From Chiloscyllium plagiosum (Eukaryota): a stretch of DNA of 64,000 bases. The stretch lies in contig NC_057718.1 in NCBI RefSeq assembly GCF_004010195.1, forward strand, positions 9,443,760-9,507,759. The letters run 5' to 3'. Made by a program: the position numbers and the translations under genes. This document shows, one piece after another, positions 11,920-23,954 of the stretch. The notes under the pieces are model-generated. The model ran no database searches. It was given only the letters and a program-made list of their open reading frames with translations, and was not told the DNA's origin. Each line of letters begins with the position of its first letter. The stretch's first letter is position 1.

Positions 11920-13559
11920 AAATGTGCCTCAACAACTACTGCCCAGTAGCTCTAACCTCTATCATCATGAAGTGCTTCGAGAGGCTGGTAACGACCCACA
12001 TTATTAGATTAGATTACTTACAGTGTGGAAACAGGCCCTTCGGCCCAACAAGTCCACACCGACCCGCAACCCACCCAGACCCATTCCCCTACATTTACCC
12101 CTTCACCTAACACTATGGGTAATTTAGCACGGCCAATCCACCTAACCTGCACATTTTTGGATTGTGGGAGGAAACTGAAGCACCTGCAGGAAACCTACGC
12201 AGACACGGGGAGAATGTGCAAACTCCACACAGAGTGTCGCCTGAGGCGGTAATTGAACCCGGGTCTCTGGCGCTGTGAGGCAGCAGTGCTAACCACTGTG
12301 CCACCGTGCCACCCGTATTCTTACCTCGCAGCCTGCCTCAGTCCCCTGCAATGTGCCTACTGGCAAAACAGATCCACAGCCAATTCCCTAGCCCCATTAT
12401 CGCCCTTGGAACATCTGGATAACAAGCACACCTTCATCAGGCTCCTACTCATTGACTACAGCTCTGCCTTCAATGCCACAATCCCCTCCAGACTGATCTC
12501 AAACTCCGAGATCTAGGACTCAACTCCTCCCTCTGCAACTGGATCCTTAGCTTTCTGACTCACAGACTACAATCAGTGAAGATGGACACCTCCATGATAG
12601 CATTCAACACTGGAGACCCCCAGGGATGCGTTCTCAGTCCCCTACTGTACTCGCTGTACACCCACATATGTGTTGCCAAATTCCGCACGAGCACCATCTA
12701 CAAGTTTGGTGAAGACACCACTGTGGTCGAACAAATATGAAACAACGATGAGTCAGAATTTAGGAAGGAGGTAGAGGGCTTGGTGTTGTGGTGCAATGAT
12801 AAAAAATCTCTCTCAATGTCGGCAAAACCAATAAAACTGATCAATGACTACAGGAAGAAAAGGGGCAAACACGCTCTCATCTACATCAACGGAGCGGAGA
12901 TGGAGAGGGTGGAGTTCCTCGGAACAACGACAGCCGACATCCTGTCCTGGACCTCCCCCGTAGATGCAATGGTCAAAAAGGCACAACATCGTCTCTTCTT
13001 CCTCAGGAGGCCCAGGAAATTTGGCATGTCCGTATGGACCTTCACCAACTTCTGCAGCCGCACCATCGAAAGCATACTATCCAAGTGCATCATGGCCTGG
13101 TATGACAGCCTCTCTGCCCAGAACCATAGGAAACTACAGAAGGTGGTGTGCATAGCCCAGACCATCACAGAAGCCAATCTCCCATCCATGGACTCCATTT
13201 ACACAGCTCATTGCCATGGAAATGCTGCCAACATCATCACAGATACCTCCCACCCTGGTAATGCTCTCTTCCAACCTCTTCTGTCAGGCAGAAGATACAG
13301 ACGCTTGAACACTCGCACCAACAGGTTCACAAACAGCTTCTTCCCTACTGTTATTAGACTGTTGAATGGACCTCTCTAACTTCAAATGTTGATCTTGCTT
13401 TGTTCACCTCCTGTACAGTGTAACCCTGTATGCCTTGTGCTGTCTAAGCACCCTATGGTCTGTACGTCTTTGTTTGCTATGATCTGCCTGTACTGCTCAC
13501 AAAACAAAACTTTTCACTGTACTTAGGTACGTGGTACTGCAAAAAATCAAATCAAATCA
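11920..13559 (+). mobile_element. Rex1/Babar-type LINE, 5'-truncated, interrupted by a SINE
   Basis: [50 protein letters not shown] and KAQHRLFFLRR...RFTNSFFP, with an (AAATC)3 tail. Confidence 0.88.
12003..12313 (-). mobile_element. HE1-type (V-SINE) tRNA-derived SINE, full length
   Basis: Reverse complement has an A box (TGGCACAGTGG), a B box (GGTTCAATTAC), the V-domain tgtggagtttgcac and a (TAATC)n tail. Confidence 0.88.
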
Positions 13560-14263
13560 TTTATATTTTCATCAACATTCACCTCTCCACCAATACAGTT
13601 AGCTCCTTGATACAAGCAAAGAAAGAAAGACTGTTTAGATCAGTCCATTTACAACTTCAGAATATTTCAAAAGCGCTACACAGACAATGAATTGTGCTTT
13701 TTGGAGCACATTTGCTGTCGGGATGTAGGTAGTGTTTTAATCAATTTGTGCACAGCAAGTTTCCAAGAGTAACATTGTGATTATAACCAACTAATTATTG
13801 GAACATAGGAATAGGAGACCATTCAGCCCCTGTTCTGCCATTCAATGAGATCAATGACTAATGTGTGGCCTCATCTACATACCCGACTTTGGCCCATATC
13901 CTTTAATACATTTGCTTAACAAAGTTTTATTGGTCAGATTTAAAATTAACAATGTTCTGTTTTAATGCTGTGCAAAAGGGAGAATTATTGATTCGAGACA
14001 CAAGGGCAGTAGGTTCCTGTGTCTTGAACATTCTGCAATGCCAGCTATCACCAGGTTATTATCTGCTACCATCCTCTTTCACGGCCTGGTCCTCTGGGTC
14101 TATTTGGTTGGCAGCAGTGAAGGAAAACGTTAGTGAGTCGTAATGAGAAGAGAATTCTGTGTTAACGAGATGCAGTTTACAGTGTGATAGCAATTAGGTA
14201 CAAGCTACATTACTAAAATAAACATAGGGCCTCGGTCTTCACAAGACTCTAAGCTGCTGTGCC

Positions 14264-14511
14264 TTAGATTAGATTACTTTACAGTGTGGAAACAGGCCCT
14301 TTGGCCCAACAAGTCCACACCGACCCGCCGAAGCGCACCCACCCAGACCCATTCCCCTACATTTACTCCTGCATCTAACACTACAGGGAGGAAACCCACG
14401 CAGACACGGGGAGAATGTGCAAACTCCACACAGTCAGTCGCCTGAGGTGGGAATTGAACCCGGGTCTCTGGCGCTGTGAGGCAGCAGTGCTAACCACTGT
14501 GCCACCGTGCC
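14264..14511 (-). mobile_element. HE1-type SINE with internal deletion
   Basis: Near-identical to 12003-12313 but lacks the central segment. Confidence 0.85.
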
Positions 14512-14953
14512 TTCTCCCCACACGAGACCAGATGACATCATCAGATTGGGTGGATCTTAATGCAGTCACCGATACTAACCCTTTCAGTACTAGTCCCTTA
14601 GACCCGCCAGCCTTTATTTCTACAATTAACATTCACATCTTTATCTGCACAGTTATATTCTTCATTTTGTCATCTCACCAAGATCTCCAACTTCACAAAT
14701 GTGTCACAGACAAGACCAAACCCCCTCAGACTGTATCAAGGAGATAACCAAGACTCTAACTTTCATCTTATTAAGAGGTAAGTGTCAGCTGTTGAATTGC
14801 AGATGTGATTTGGTCGGTCAAATTACCAGGCTTTAAGCACAGACACACTTTATTCTCACACCACAGTTAAAATACAGCCAAAAAAAAGAATTGACAGAAC
14901 TTTAACTCTATTGTGACAACACTGTGGCTATAAGTGATATATTTTATCCAATC

Positions 14954-15598
14954 TGCTATGGACCAGGCCAGACCCCCGCAAAACATTTCAAAGAAAGTAG
15001 TCCACACCCTAACTTTGCTGGTTGTTTTCAGCAGGTGGATATTCCAGGAGGGATGTAGCTGGTTAACCCACTTAGTTTTAAACAAAACAGAATCTATTTG
15101 CAAGGTTACTGAATGAAACACAAACAAAAGAGAACACAATACAGAATAACTTAATGTATCCAAAAACCCAACAGATTACCCCAGTTTAATGATATTGTTG
15201 TTGTTCTAAAACTTGCAACAATCCCTAAAACACCCTTGGCACAAAAGGTAAAATCAAACCAAGGTTCTTACAGAAGAGATGTCAGAGAGAGGGAGAATCA
15301 GCATGACTTGCTTCTTTGGGTCCAGCAGCTTCACAACTCGCTGCCTGCTTAAACCAAACCAAACCCAAACCCAAACCAGAGAAAAGATGAGCTGAGAGAA
15401 CTGGCCACTCCCCTTTCATTGTTCAAGTGTGTGCTTTTTAAACTTGAAAGCATTTTGCCTGAGGTAGTATCTGTTAGCTATCATCAAATTGGCCCAAAAC
15501 CCTTCAAACCTAGACCTTCCGGGGTCTGTGTCTTTACGACCTCATGAAAATCAAAACCAAGGACAATAAAATCTTGTTAAAGCAGCAGCATCATCGCA
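14954..15598 (-). mobile_element. LTR-like element of the same family as 19719-20384
   Basis: Shares termini tg(c/t)tatggaccag...cagcat...ca with the TSD-flanked copy. No clean TSD here. A related partial copy starts at about 14702. Confidence 0.55.
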
Positions 15599-15827
15599 TA
15601 CTACATTGGAACAATTAGTGAGCCAACTGCCTTGTATCTTCCACTAGAAGAAGGAAATAATGAAGGTCTTAGAAAGCTAAGTGGGAAACATCATTCCATC
15701 TTGTGGACTGGTGCAGTTGAACTGTGTTTTCCCAACACCTTTCCCCTCAATCCATGCCATCCCTGTTTGCTCAATTGTCTGTGTCTGGCTTTAAGTACAG
15801 GTTAGCATTTCAGCCAGTGGAGCAATT

Positions 15828-16165
15828 TTTAAAATTCATTTATGGGATGAGAGTGTCTCTGGCTTGGCCAGCACTGAATATCCCATCCCTAATTGCCCAT
15901 AGATTCCACCATATTGCTATGGGCCTGGAGTCACATTTAAGCCAGTCAAGGTAAGGATGGAAATTTCCTTCCCTAAAGGCCATTAGTGAACCAGGTGAGT
16001 TTTTCCAACAGTCAACAATAGATTCAGGTCATCACTAACTCTTAATTCCAAATAGTTATTGAATTCAAACTTCCCCATCTGCCGTGGCGGGATTTGAACC
16101 CAGGTCCCCAGAATATTACCTTGTCTTTGGATTAGCAGCAAGCATACCATTATGCCCTTGCCTCC
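15828..16165 (-). mobile_element. tRNA-headed SINE with LINE-derived tail (second SINE family)
   Basis: Reverse complement contains a B box (GGTTCAAATCC) and the tail gggatgg...gctggcc. A homologous copy lies at 45585-45930. Confidence 0.65.
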
Positions 16166-16199
16166 CCAAATATGTTGCAATGTGTTGATAATTTCTATT

Positions 16200-17600
16200 T
16201 TTTTGCTTGTGCCTAGTACTGATCATTTGTCATAAATAGCAGCTTCTTATGAAAAACAGAAGATGGTCAGTGTTTTCTGTTAACACGAATCCATCAGGCA
16301 GGTAAAGTTTGGACTTGAAATCAATCTTTAACTTTGTTGATGGTCCCAGGAGTGGTGGGGCCCCGAGCTTCAGTGCACTTTCCCAAAAAGGGTTGTATAA
16401 CTACATTTGTGATGAGACGTACCTTAGTCCTGTTTCTCTTGAAGATGTTTTAAACTTTACAGGAATAAAGTTATTGAGATGTCCATTGACATAAACAGGG
16501 GCTATCAAGCTTAAGTCTGTTGGATCATTAATTTTCCCTAGGAAGAGATTTTTTCTCATACTAGAGATCCTCGCATTAATCTCTTTGAGTAGCTATTTGA
16601 TTTTTGTTGCTCTGTAACTTTGTCCTACTTCTACATATACTCTGGAAGCTATCTGCATTCTTTCTTCATAGTTGAGCAATGCTTGTACATGTAATGTTTC
16701 CTTATTCCATAGAGTTGGCATTGAGTGCCTGTATGCACTATTTGGTCTACCCTTTCTGTCAGCTCATCACGTGAGTCTTTAGGATTTTTATACATTATAA
16801 ACTCAATGTGTTCTGGTGGCTTCTGTAATAAAGTTATGCTTGTCCTCTTAGGATGTATCTGTGATCCAGCACAACTTAAATAGCATTCATTAAAGTCAAG
16901 ACTTCTTTGGAATGTGATAAATCTGAAAATGGTTCATCAGTAATTCCAAAAATAATTCTGTCCCTTATGGACTCTGATCTCAGTATCTCTTAATCCTCAG
17001 TAATCCATGAATTTATAGGAATTATTAGTGCAATTTTCTAAAGATTCTCTGAATGCTGAACTGTTCTGTCAAATCTTTCACTTCAAGAATTTTAGAGAAA
17101 AAGAAACAATTAAATATTCAAGTAAAAGTAATTGTCAAAAGTTTGTTAAGTGCCACCAAAAGTCAAAATGTCTTCTTTTATGTTTTGACAAGCTATAATG
17201 ACATCTGTTATAGATCCTATCAAATCCAATACTGTATTTATTTGTTCAGTTTGTGATTTGGTGTTTAGCTTGGGCGCAATTCTGTATGTTCAGTGCTGTT
17301 TTCTCCAAGATGTCCAATCTTAGGTTTTATTTGTCCCTTTTTAAACGTTTCAGGCAGCATTAATTTTCCTGCTACTTCTTCCTAATATAATTGTTTATTC
17401 ATCATCCTTCAAAGATTTTGCAATATCTAAATGCTGCTTCATTCGCTTTGCTTTAAACATATTAATCCTGTGGTATATCCATGCTGTTTCATTTCGCTTA
17501 CTGACAGACTATCATATCCACTCTATACCAATACTGTTTTAACTCCTTTTCTCTAAATTATTTAAATGGTGCAGTGTAGCAATGCTGGTTTGTCTTTTTC
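16200..17600 (-). mobile_element. Heavily decayed Ty3/Gypsy gag-protease region
   Basis: Manual translation of the - strand gives SIRDRIIFGITDE...LTLMNAI (Gag), QCQLYGIRKHYMYKHC...C (zinc-knuckle-like) and FLGKIND....VYVNGH (protease N-terminus). Confidence 0.6.
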
Positions 17601-17859
17601 CTGAGTTTAATGTTTTGTTTGCTGTAATTTAGCAATGTTGTATCCCTATCTTGCTTACTGGGAGGGTTTTCCCATGTTTCTGTGGGAAAAATGGAGGCTC
17701 CCTGTTTTCACTATCAGGAACAACACTGTTTCTGCCATCACCACAGCCACTTCCGCCCCCGGGGTTGTCGTCGCCGCAGCCACTTCCGCTCCCAGTGACA
17801 TCATTCACCTGCCCCCATGCCAATCTCCGTCACCACGCCTAATCCCACGGCCCCAACAA

Positions 17860-19052
17860 AAAAACCAGGACAGAACCCCACTGGTCCTCACCTACCACCC
17901 CACCAATCTCCATGTATAACGTATCATCCGTCGTCATTTCCGCCACCTCCAAACAGACCCCACCACCAGTGATATATTTCCCTCCNNNNNNNNNNNNNNN
18001 NNNNNNNNNNNNNNNNNNNNNNNNNNNNNNNNNNNNNNNNNNNNNNNNNNNNNNNNNNNNNNNNNNNNNNNNNNNNNNNNNNNNNNNNNNNNNNNNNNNN
18101 NNNNNNNNNNNNNNNNNNNNNNNNNNNNNNNNNNNNNNNNNNNNNNNNNNNNNNNNNNNNNNNNNNNNNNNNNNNNNNNNNNNNNNNNNNNNNNNNNNNN
18201 NNNNNNNNNNNNNNNNNNNNNNNNNNNNNNNNNNNNNNNNNNNNNNNNNNNNNNNNNNNNNNNNNNNNNNNNNNNNNNNNNNNNNNNNNNNNNNNNNNNN
18301 NNNNNNNNNNNNNNNNNNNNNNNNNNNNNNNNNNNNNNNNNNNNNNNNNNNNNNNNNNNNNNNNNNNNNNNNNNNNNNNNNNNNNNNNNNNNNNNNNNNN
18401 NNNNNNNNNNNNNNNNNNNNNNNNNNNNNNNNNNNNNNNNNNNNNNNNNNNNNNNNNNNNNNNNNNNNNNNNNNNNNNNNNNNNNNNNNNNNNNNNNNNN
18501 NNNNNNNNNNNNNNNNNNNNNNNNNNNNNNNNNNNNNNNNNNNNNNNNNNNNNNNNNNNNNNNNNNNNNNNNNNNNNNNNNNNNNNNNNNNNNNNNNNNN
18601 NNNNNNNNNNNNNNNNNNNNNNNNNNNNNNNNNNNNNNNNNNNNNNNNNNNNNNNNNNNNNNNNNNNNNNNNNNNNNNNNNNNNNNNNNNNNNNNNNNNN
18701 NNNNNNNNNNNNNNNNNNNNNNNNNNNNNNNNNNNNNNNNNNNNNNNNNNNNNNNNNNNNNNNGGAGGGGGAGTTGAAGTGTTGAGCCACGGGGTGGTTG
18801 GGTTGGTTGGTCCGGGTGTCCCCGAGGTGTTCTCTGAAACATTCTGCAAGTAGGCGGCCTGTCTCTCCAACCTCCTTCCACCTATCGCATTTCCAATGCC
18901 CCTCCCCCAAGTCCCTCCTCCCTACCTTTAATCTTAGCCTGCTTGGCACACTTTCCTCATTCCTGAAGAAGGGCTCATGCCTGAAACATTGATTCTCCTG
19001 CTCCTTGGATGCTGCCTGACCCTGCTGCGTTTTTCCAGCAACACATTTTTGA
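17860..19052. mobile_element. Penelope-like element spanning an assembly gap
   Basis: + strand QDRTPLVLTYHPTNLHV. - strand GETGRLLAECFREHL...PVAQHFNSP. + strand 3' end with a degenerate hammerhead at about 18959-94. Confidence 0.75.
17986..18763. other. Assembly gap (others at 34886-34942 and 42894-43246)
   Basis: Runs of N. Confidence 1.
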
Positions 19053-19325
19053 CTCCCTGTTTTTGTCAGGTAAGATGAGTAATTACCTTTCACAGCCAAA
19101 TGAGTAATACTTATCTTTCTCTGTAATTTTCACAAAGAAAGCCTGCTGTCTGCAGCATCTTTTTCTTTTTATTTCTTGGATTTTGGTTTCAACTATGTGT
19201 CTCTTGATTTATCACAGTCTCAAAAGCTTTCTTACTATCTTCTTATTTTTCAATTATCCCTTTCTTGTTGTAGTTCTGGGTTCTTTGTATGATCTGTGCT
19301 GCAACCTGTTTAAATTGCCTCTATG

Positions 19326-19558
19326 TCATAGAGTCATAGAGATGTACAATATGGAAACAGACGCTTCGGTCCAACCTGTCCATGCCGACCAGATATCCCG
19401 AACTAATCTAGTCCCACCTGCCAGCACCCAGCCCATATCCCTCCAAACCCTTCCTATTCATATACCCATCCAAATGCCTCTTAAATGTTGCAATTGTACC
19501 AGCCTCCACCACATCCTCTGGCAGCTCATTCCGTACACGTATCACCCTCTGCGTGAAA
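19326..19558 (-). mobile_element. CR1/HER1 3' end
   Basis: Reverse complement of the 35180-35408 type tail (ctatgact)n. Confidence 0.85.
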
Positions 19559-19718
19559 CATCCTTAGGTTTCTGTATTGTATCAGTGACTCACTGATATA
19601 CACTCTCAATTATACACTCTCAATAGTGGCAACATTCATTGCCAGTGTAAGTGCTTCTTATTCACTTCCAGCCTTCTCAACTCATTTTGTGCAATTCACT
19701 TCAAGATTTCCTCTTGCC

Positions 19719-20384
19719 TGTTATGGACCAGACCAGACCCCCTCAAAAAAATTTAAGAAGGTAGCCTAGGCCCTAACATTTTCTTATTTTAAAGGCAAAT
19801 GTAACATGCCAGTTGCAATTTGATTTTCAAACCATTCAACGTTAAGCAAACCACAATTTGTTTGAACACGACAGTTAAAGTACAACAAAAAAAAGAACTT
19901 AGAATGACTTAGCTCTGCTGGAAAACTTAACAGACTAATAGATACTGGAACCATTACTACTTAATTGTCCCAATCCCATAAACACACCTCTTGGAAAGAA
20001 GGCAAATTCAGAAAATAGATTTTTCTCACAGGTAATTGAGCAGCATAGAGAACACGCCCCCCGCCTCTTACCCCCCTGCTTCTAGCTGTAATTGAGAAAC
20101 AGAAACGATAACTTTTATTTCTTCAAAACTCCAGCAGCTTCTGCCCTGTTAAGACTCTGACAGCAATTGCTTAAAGCTAATCCTAAAACTAAAAAAAAAC
20201 TAGAAATACTGGTCTGTGAGAGCTGGCCACACCCATCCAGGATGCTTCTATTGTTACAACTTTTAAAAATCCCCAAGGCCTCACAAGCTGCTTACATTAC
20301 CACAAACTGCTCATCACCTCTCATTCAATCTCTCTCTAAAAAATCAGGACAAAATACACTTCTTACAGCCACAGCATTGTCACA
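19719..20384 (-). mobile_element. Solo LTR (666 bp), probably Gypsy
   Basis: TG...CA termini with 4-bp TSD TGCC (19715-18 and 20385-88). Homologous copies at about 14954 and 46746. Strand is tentative. Confidence 0.75.
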
Positions 20385-22219
20385 TGCCCAACAAGGATAT
20401 TTAACTAATGGAATTCCAAAGCCCACTCACTTTCTTTTGAGCCTCTAATCAGGAATGCTCTACAGATCCTGGAAGCTGTAATCGCCAGATCTCACTACTT
20501 TTTAGCTCACTCCTGCTGTTGCACTTCTCTTGCCAGGTCTGAAATGTGTTACCATTAAGTGCAGTTTCTCCTTTGTTGATTTACCATCAATGTGTCTAGA
20601 GGCCAATTTGGTATAGGCACCTAGTTTCTATATGAATAGTTCGTTAAACCCATCAAGTCTTTAAAGATTGGAATTCTCTGCTCATGAGTCCATTGGAATG
20701 CTCACTGCAGTTGCCTTGTTCAAAGCAACCTTGTTACCTTAAGCAATGATACTCACTTGCTGATCACCATGTTGCATGGGCTGTATGCCAACCACTACCA
20801 GCTTGTGGTTGGGGTAGTTTGCTGTCACCATCCACTTTCTTGACTCTGGTTGAGTCTGACGTTCTACAGAGTTTACAGTGATAGAGGGACGACCATGTGT
20901 GAGTTTGATGGAGAAGATTTAACCAAGATTTAATTGATTGCATGTTGGTAATTGGGTACGGGTGATGTCAGTAAAGTAAACATTGTTAGTATAAGTAAGA
21001 GGATACCTGGGATATAGGCCTCATTTCTACAAGTAACTGAGCAGTTCTGATCTTTCCCCATCCATCTGTATGACATTACACACTCTGCTAACAACACTGT
21101 GGGTCTACCTACAGCACACAAAACTGCAGGTGATTCACCAACACTTTCTGAGGCCAACAAGGGATGGGCGATAAATGCTGATCTGCCGTAGTGCCCATGT
21201 CCCTAAGTGAATAATAAAACATCAAATTGTGTGGAACGCAACACAGTCTCCAATACTTAATCCTTCAGACTAGTTACTTATAACAAAACCACATTCTTCT
21301 ACCAAGGGAGCAATGGGGTATTACATAGCCCTGAGAGTCTCAGTTTAACTTCTCACCTTCAACGGTGCAGCTCTTGGGAGCGTCAACCTGGGTTTGGTGC
21401 TGAAGAAGGATTTGAACTCACAACCTTCTGACTGAGAAGCCCAGCTGACTAGTATGGGTGGGTTATTACCTCCTCCAGTTGGCAAAACTAAAACCAAAGG
21501 GACTGTGTGAATGTGGAGCTCTCTGCCTCAGAAGGCAGTGAAGATTGAATGGTTTTGTTGTAGCTGGGGATAGATTCTCATTCAGCAAGGGATTATTGCG
21601 AGTGAGGGGGGGGTGGGATTCAAAATGCAAACAGTTCACTCATGCACTAATTGAGTGGTGAAGCAGACTTGAAGGGCTGAATGGCCTACTAGTCCATTTT
21701 GTTTCTTCATATCCCCACTCCAGGTCAGGAGACTACATCACCCAAACAGCTACACCAGACTGAATTCATCCTGAACGATAGTAGTTTGCAAAGTATTTTA
21801 ATGTCACATTACAAGTAGTACAGGAAACTGAGGACATTCAGCCCCTTGACACTCTTCCAGAATGCAGTGTGAGTCATCTATACCTCCGTGCCATTTAATG
21901 CCCCCATCCTCCTCACTCCAAATGCTTTGACATTCAAACCAATTCTATCAAACAATCAGAGTCTCTAAAGCAGCAATTGATCACCAGCATCCACTTTTAT
22001 GCAAATGATTTCAGGTTTCTACTTCCCTTAAGAGAGATCAATATTGTTTAACCAAACACTGATGCACATTTCACATTGTTACAGCATGTATTCCCTGTTC
22101 CCTGTTTGTCATTGATTGCAATTTCAAGTCATTGCTAAGAATGGCACATTTCAAAGTGTTGAAGCTGATTGATTCCCTGTTGTTAATTCATTTTCTGTGA
22201 AATCTTGGTGTTAATGTAA

Positions 22220-22720
22220 TATGTGTGCACCACAGGTGTGTGCGTGCGCCCGTGCATGCGAATGCGTGTGTGTAAGGATGTGTGTGAGGATGCATGTATA
22301 AGGGTGTGTGTAGGAGTGTTTGTGTGTGAGAGGACATGTATGTGAGGGTGTGCATGTGAAGATGCATGTGTAAGGGTATGTTTGAGGATTTGTGTGTGAG
22401 GGAGTGTGTGTGAGGCTGTGTCTGAGGGGAGGGAGGTGTGAGGCTATGTGCAGGTGTGTGTGTGTGAGAGGAGGGAAGTGTGAGACTGCAAGTGTGCAGG
22501 CATGTGTGTGAAGGTGTGTGTGTATGAAGATGGGTGTGTGTATGAAGATGGGTGCATGTAAGGATGTATTTGTGCATGTGAATGCAAGGATACATGTGTG
22601 TGCAAATGCGCACATGAGTGTTGCATGTGTTTTGGTGACTGCATGTGAATAAGTATGAATACAATGATACATGCATGTGTGCATATGTTTTGGCATTTGT
22701 GTAAGTAAGTGAGCGTTTGT
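22220..22720. repeat. Degenerate TG-rich low-complexity/microsatellite tract
   Basis: (TG)n interspersed with tgcatg and gagg units. A similar tract lies at 23175-23345. Confidence 0.85.
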
Positions 22721-22819
22721 CTATGCTGTTGTGGTTTGTCTGCAGTTCTGAGTGTGGGAGCATGCTGGAACATTGAACTAACTCTACAGAGACCAGTATC
22801 TGACATCCTCACACACCTT

Positions 22820-23036
22820 CACACACCACCCTCATCCCGGCCACCAAGTCACCCTTTATTTACACGTGGAGGGTCCTTGACACATACAGCTTCCTCAGAG
22901 CCAGCTCTCAGAGTGAGCAGAGCCTCTGATACTCCTGTTTATAACTGTCAGCCAGGGCTCCCTGATTGGACCAGATTAACCGCCTTAAATCAGGGAACTC
23001 ATCCTTTATGAGGTCCCCCTGGCTGACCTCATTACA
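22820..23036 (-). mobile_element. Possible LTR fragment immediately upstream of the candidate promoter
   Basis: Reverse complement begins TGTAATGAGG and contains CCAAT, TTATAA and AATAAA in LTR order. Confidence 0.4.
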
Positions 23037-23399
23037 ATCATTACAATCGGAGCATACAGGAGCACAGTAGGTCAGTCAATCAACTGGGCTTGCTCTGCCA
23101 TTCCAGATCATGGCTGAATACTTACTTCAACACCATTTTCTTGCACTGTCACCATCTTCCCTGATGACTGAGCTTCACATGAATGTGGGCATACGTGCAT
23201 ACGTGGATGTGTGCCTCTGTATGTTTGAACATGTACATGCATTAGTATACATATGTGTCAGTGTGTGTGTGTGTATGCATGTGCATATACATGTCAGTAT
23301 GTATATGTACCTATATTTGTGTATGTGTGTGTGTGTCTGCCTGGATGTGGCAACACCACCATTAGTGCCTGCAACATGACTCTTCGTGTCACTGAAGCA

Positions 23400-23652
23400 C
23401 AAGTGAACATTCCAAAATAAAAATAGAGTGCTATGTGTTTTGGCTGGGGGTGGGGCTGTGATTTAGTTGAGTCATTCCAAGGATCCAAGGACTAGGACTA
23501 GGATAACCTCACGGGCCCTTCCCCCAGGCTCGCTGTTGGCCTGGTCTATTTTTAGCTAAAATGATTCCAGTCACACAACTGCCTCAGCTGCCCTGTCACT
23601 CTAGAAGGTGAGTCTGCCTTCACAACGTTACACTTTCCAGACTGAGGTGAGT
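23400..23652 (+). promoter_or_regulatory. Candidate striated-muscle promoter and non-coding first exon of the taxilin gene
   Basis: MCAT/TEAD ACATTCCA 23407-14 and CATTCCA 23473-79. MEF2-like ATAAAAATAG 23417-26. CACC/KLF box GGGGGTGGGGC 23446-56. AP-1 TGAGTCA 23468-74. Perfect MEF2 CTATTTTTAG 23546-55. E-boxes 23576-81 and 23585-90. Two consensus donors AG|GTGAGT at 23608 and 23647. Confidence 0.6.
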
Positions 23653-23954
23653 TCACATTTAACTTCTCAATCTGTTGTAATAATGCCACTATTTGAAGAC
23701 AAAGTTAATTTGGTCTCTGACGTTGAGAAGGTATAATCGCTGAAATGGAGAGCATGGGGGAGGTTAGGGTGCTGATTATGTTTTGTTCAGCTGGCTCCTG
23801 TTCTGGGGGTATAATGCTAACAACTTAAACTGCATTTATTTATCCTCCTTAATTTTCCTGGGGGTGTGAAATAAAGGCAAAATCATTTGAACAGTCAATA
23901 ATACAAATTTTACATCAGCGAAAGGCTATCAAACAATGTAATAGAGAACATTTA

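Noticed and set aside
12240..12313. tRNA gene-like A/B boxes
   Set aside because: These are SINE heads joined to V-domain bodies, not tRNA genes.
17839..19099. Long ORFs of 313-391 aa in the track (also 42704-43504 and 34706-35407)
   Set aside because: They are open only because they run through N gaps, and their flanks are transposon or low-complexity sequence.
22188..22812. His/Thr-rich ORFs
   Set aside because: They are translations of TG/CA low-complexity repeats. The same applies at 23110-23402, 41838-42221 and 56397-56828.
23641..23646. Apparent 6-nt micro-exon (ttccag ACTGAG gtgagt)
   Set aside because: The preceding intron would be only 33 nt. An alternative donor of the first exon is the simpler reading.
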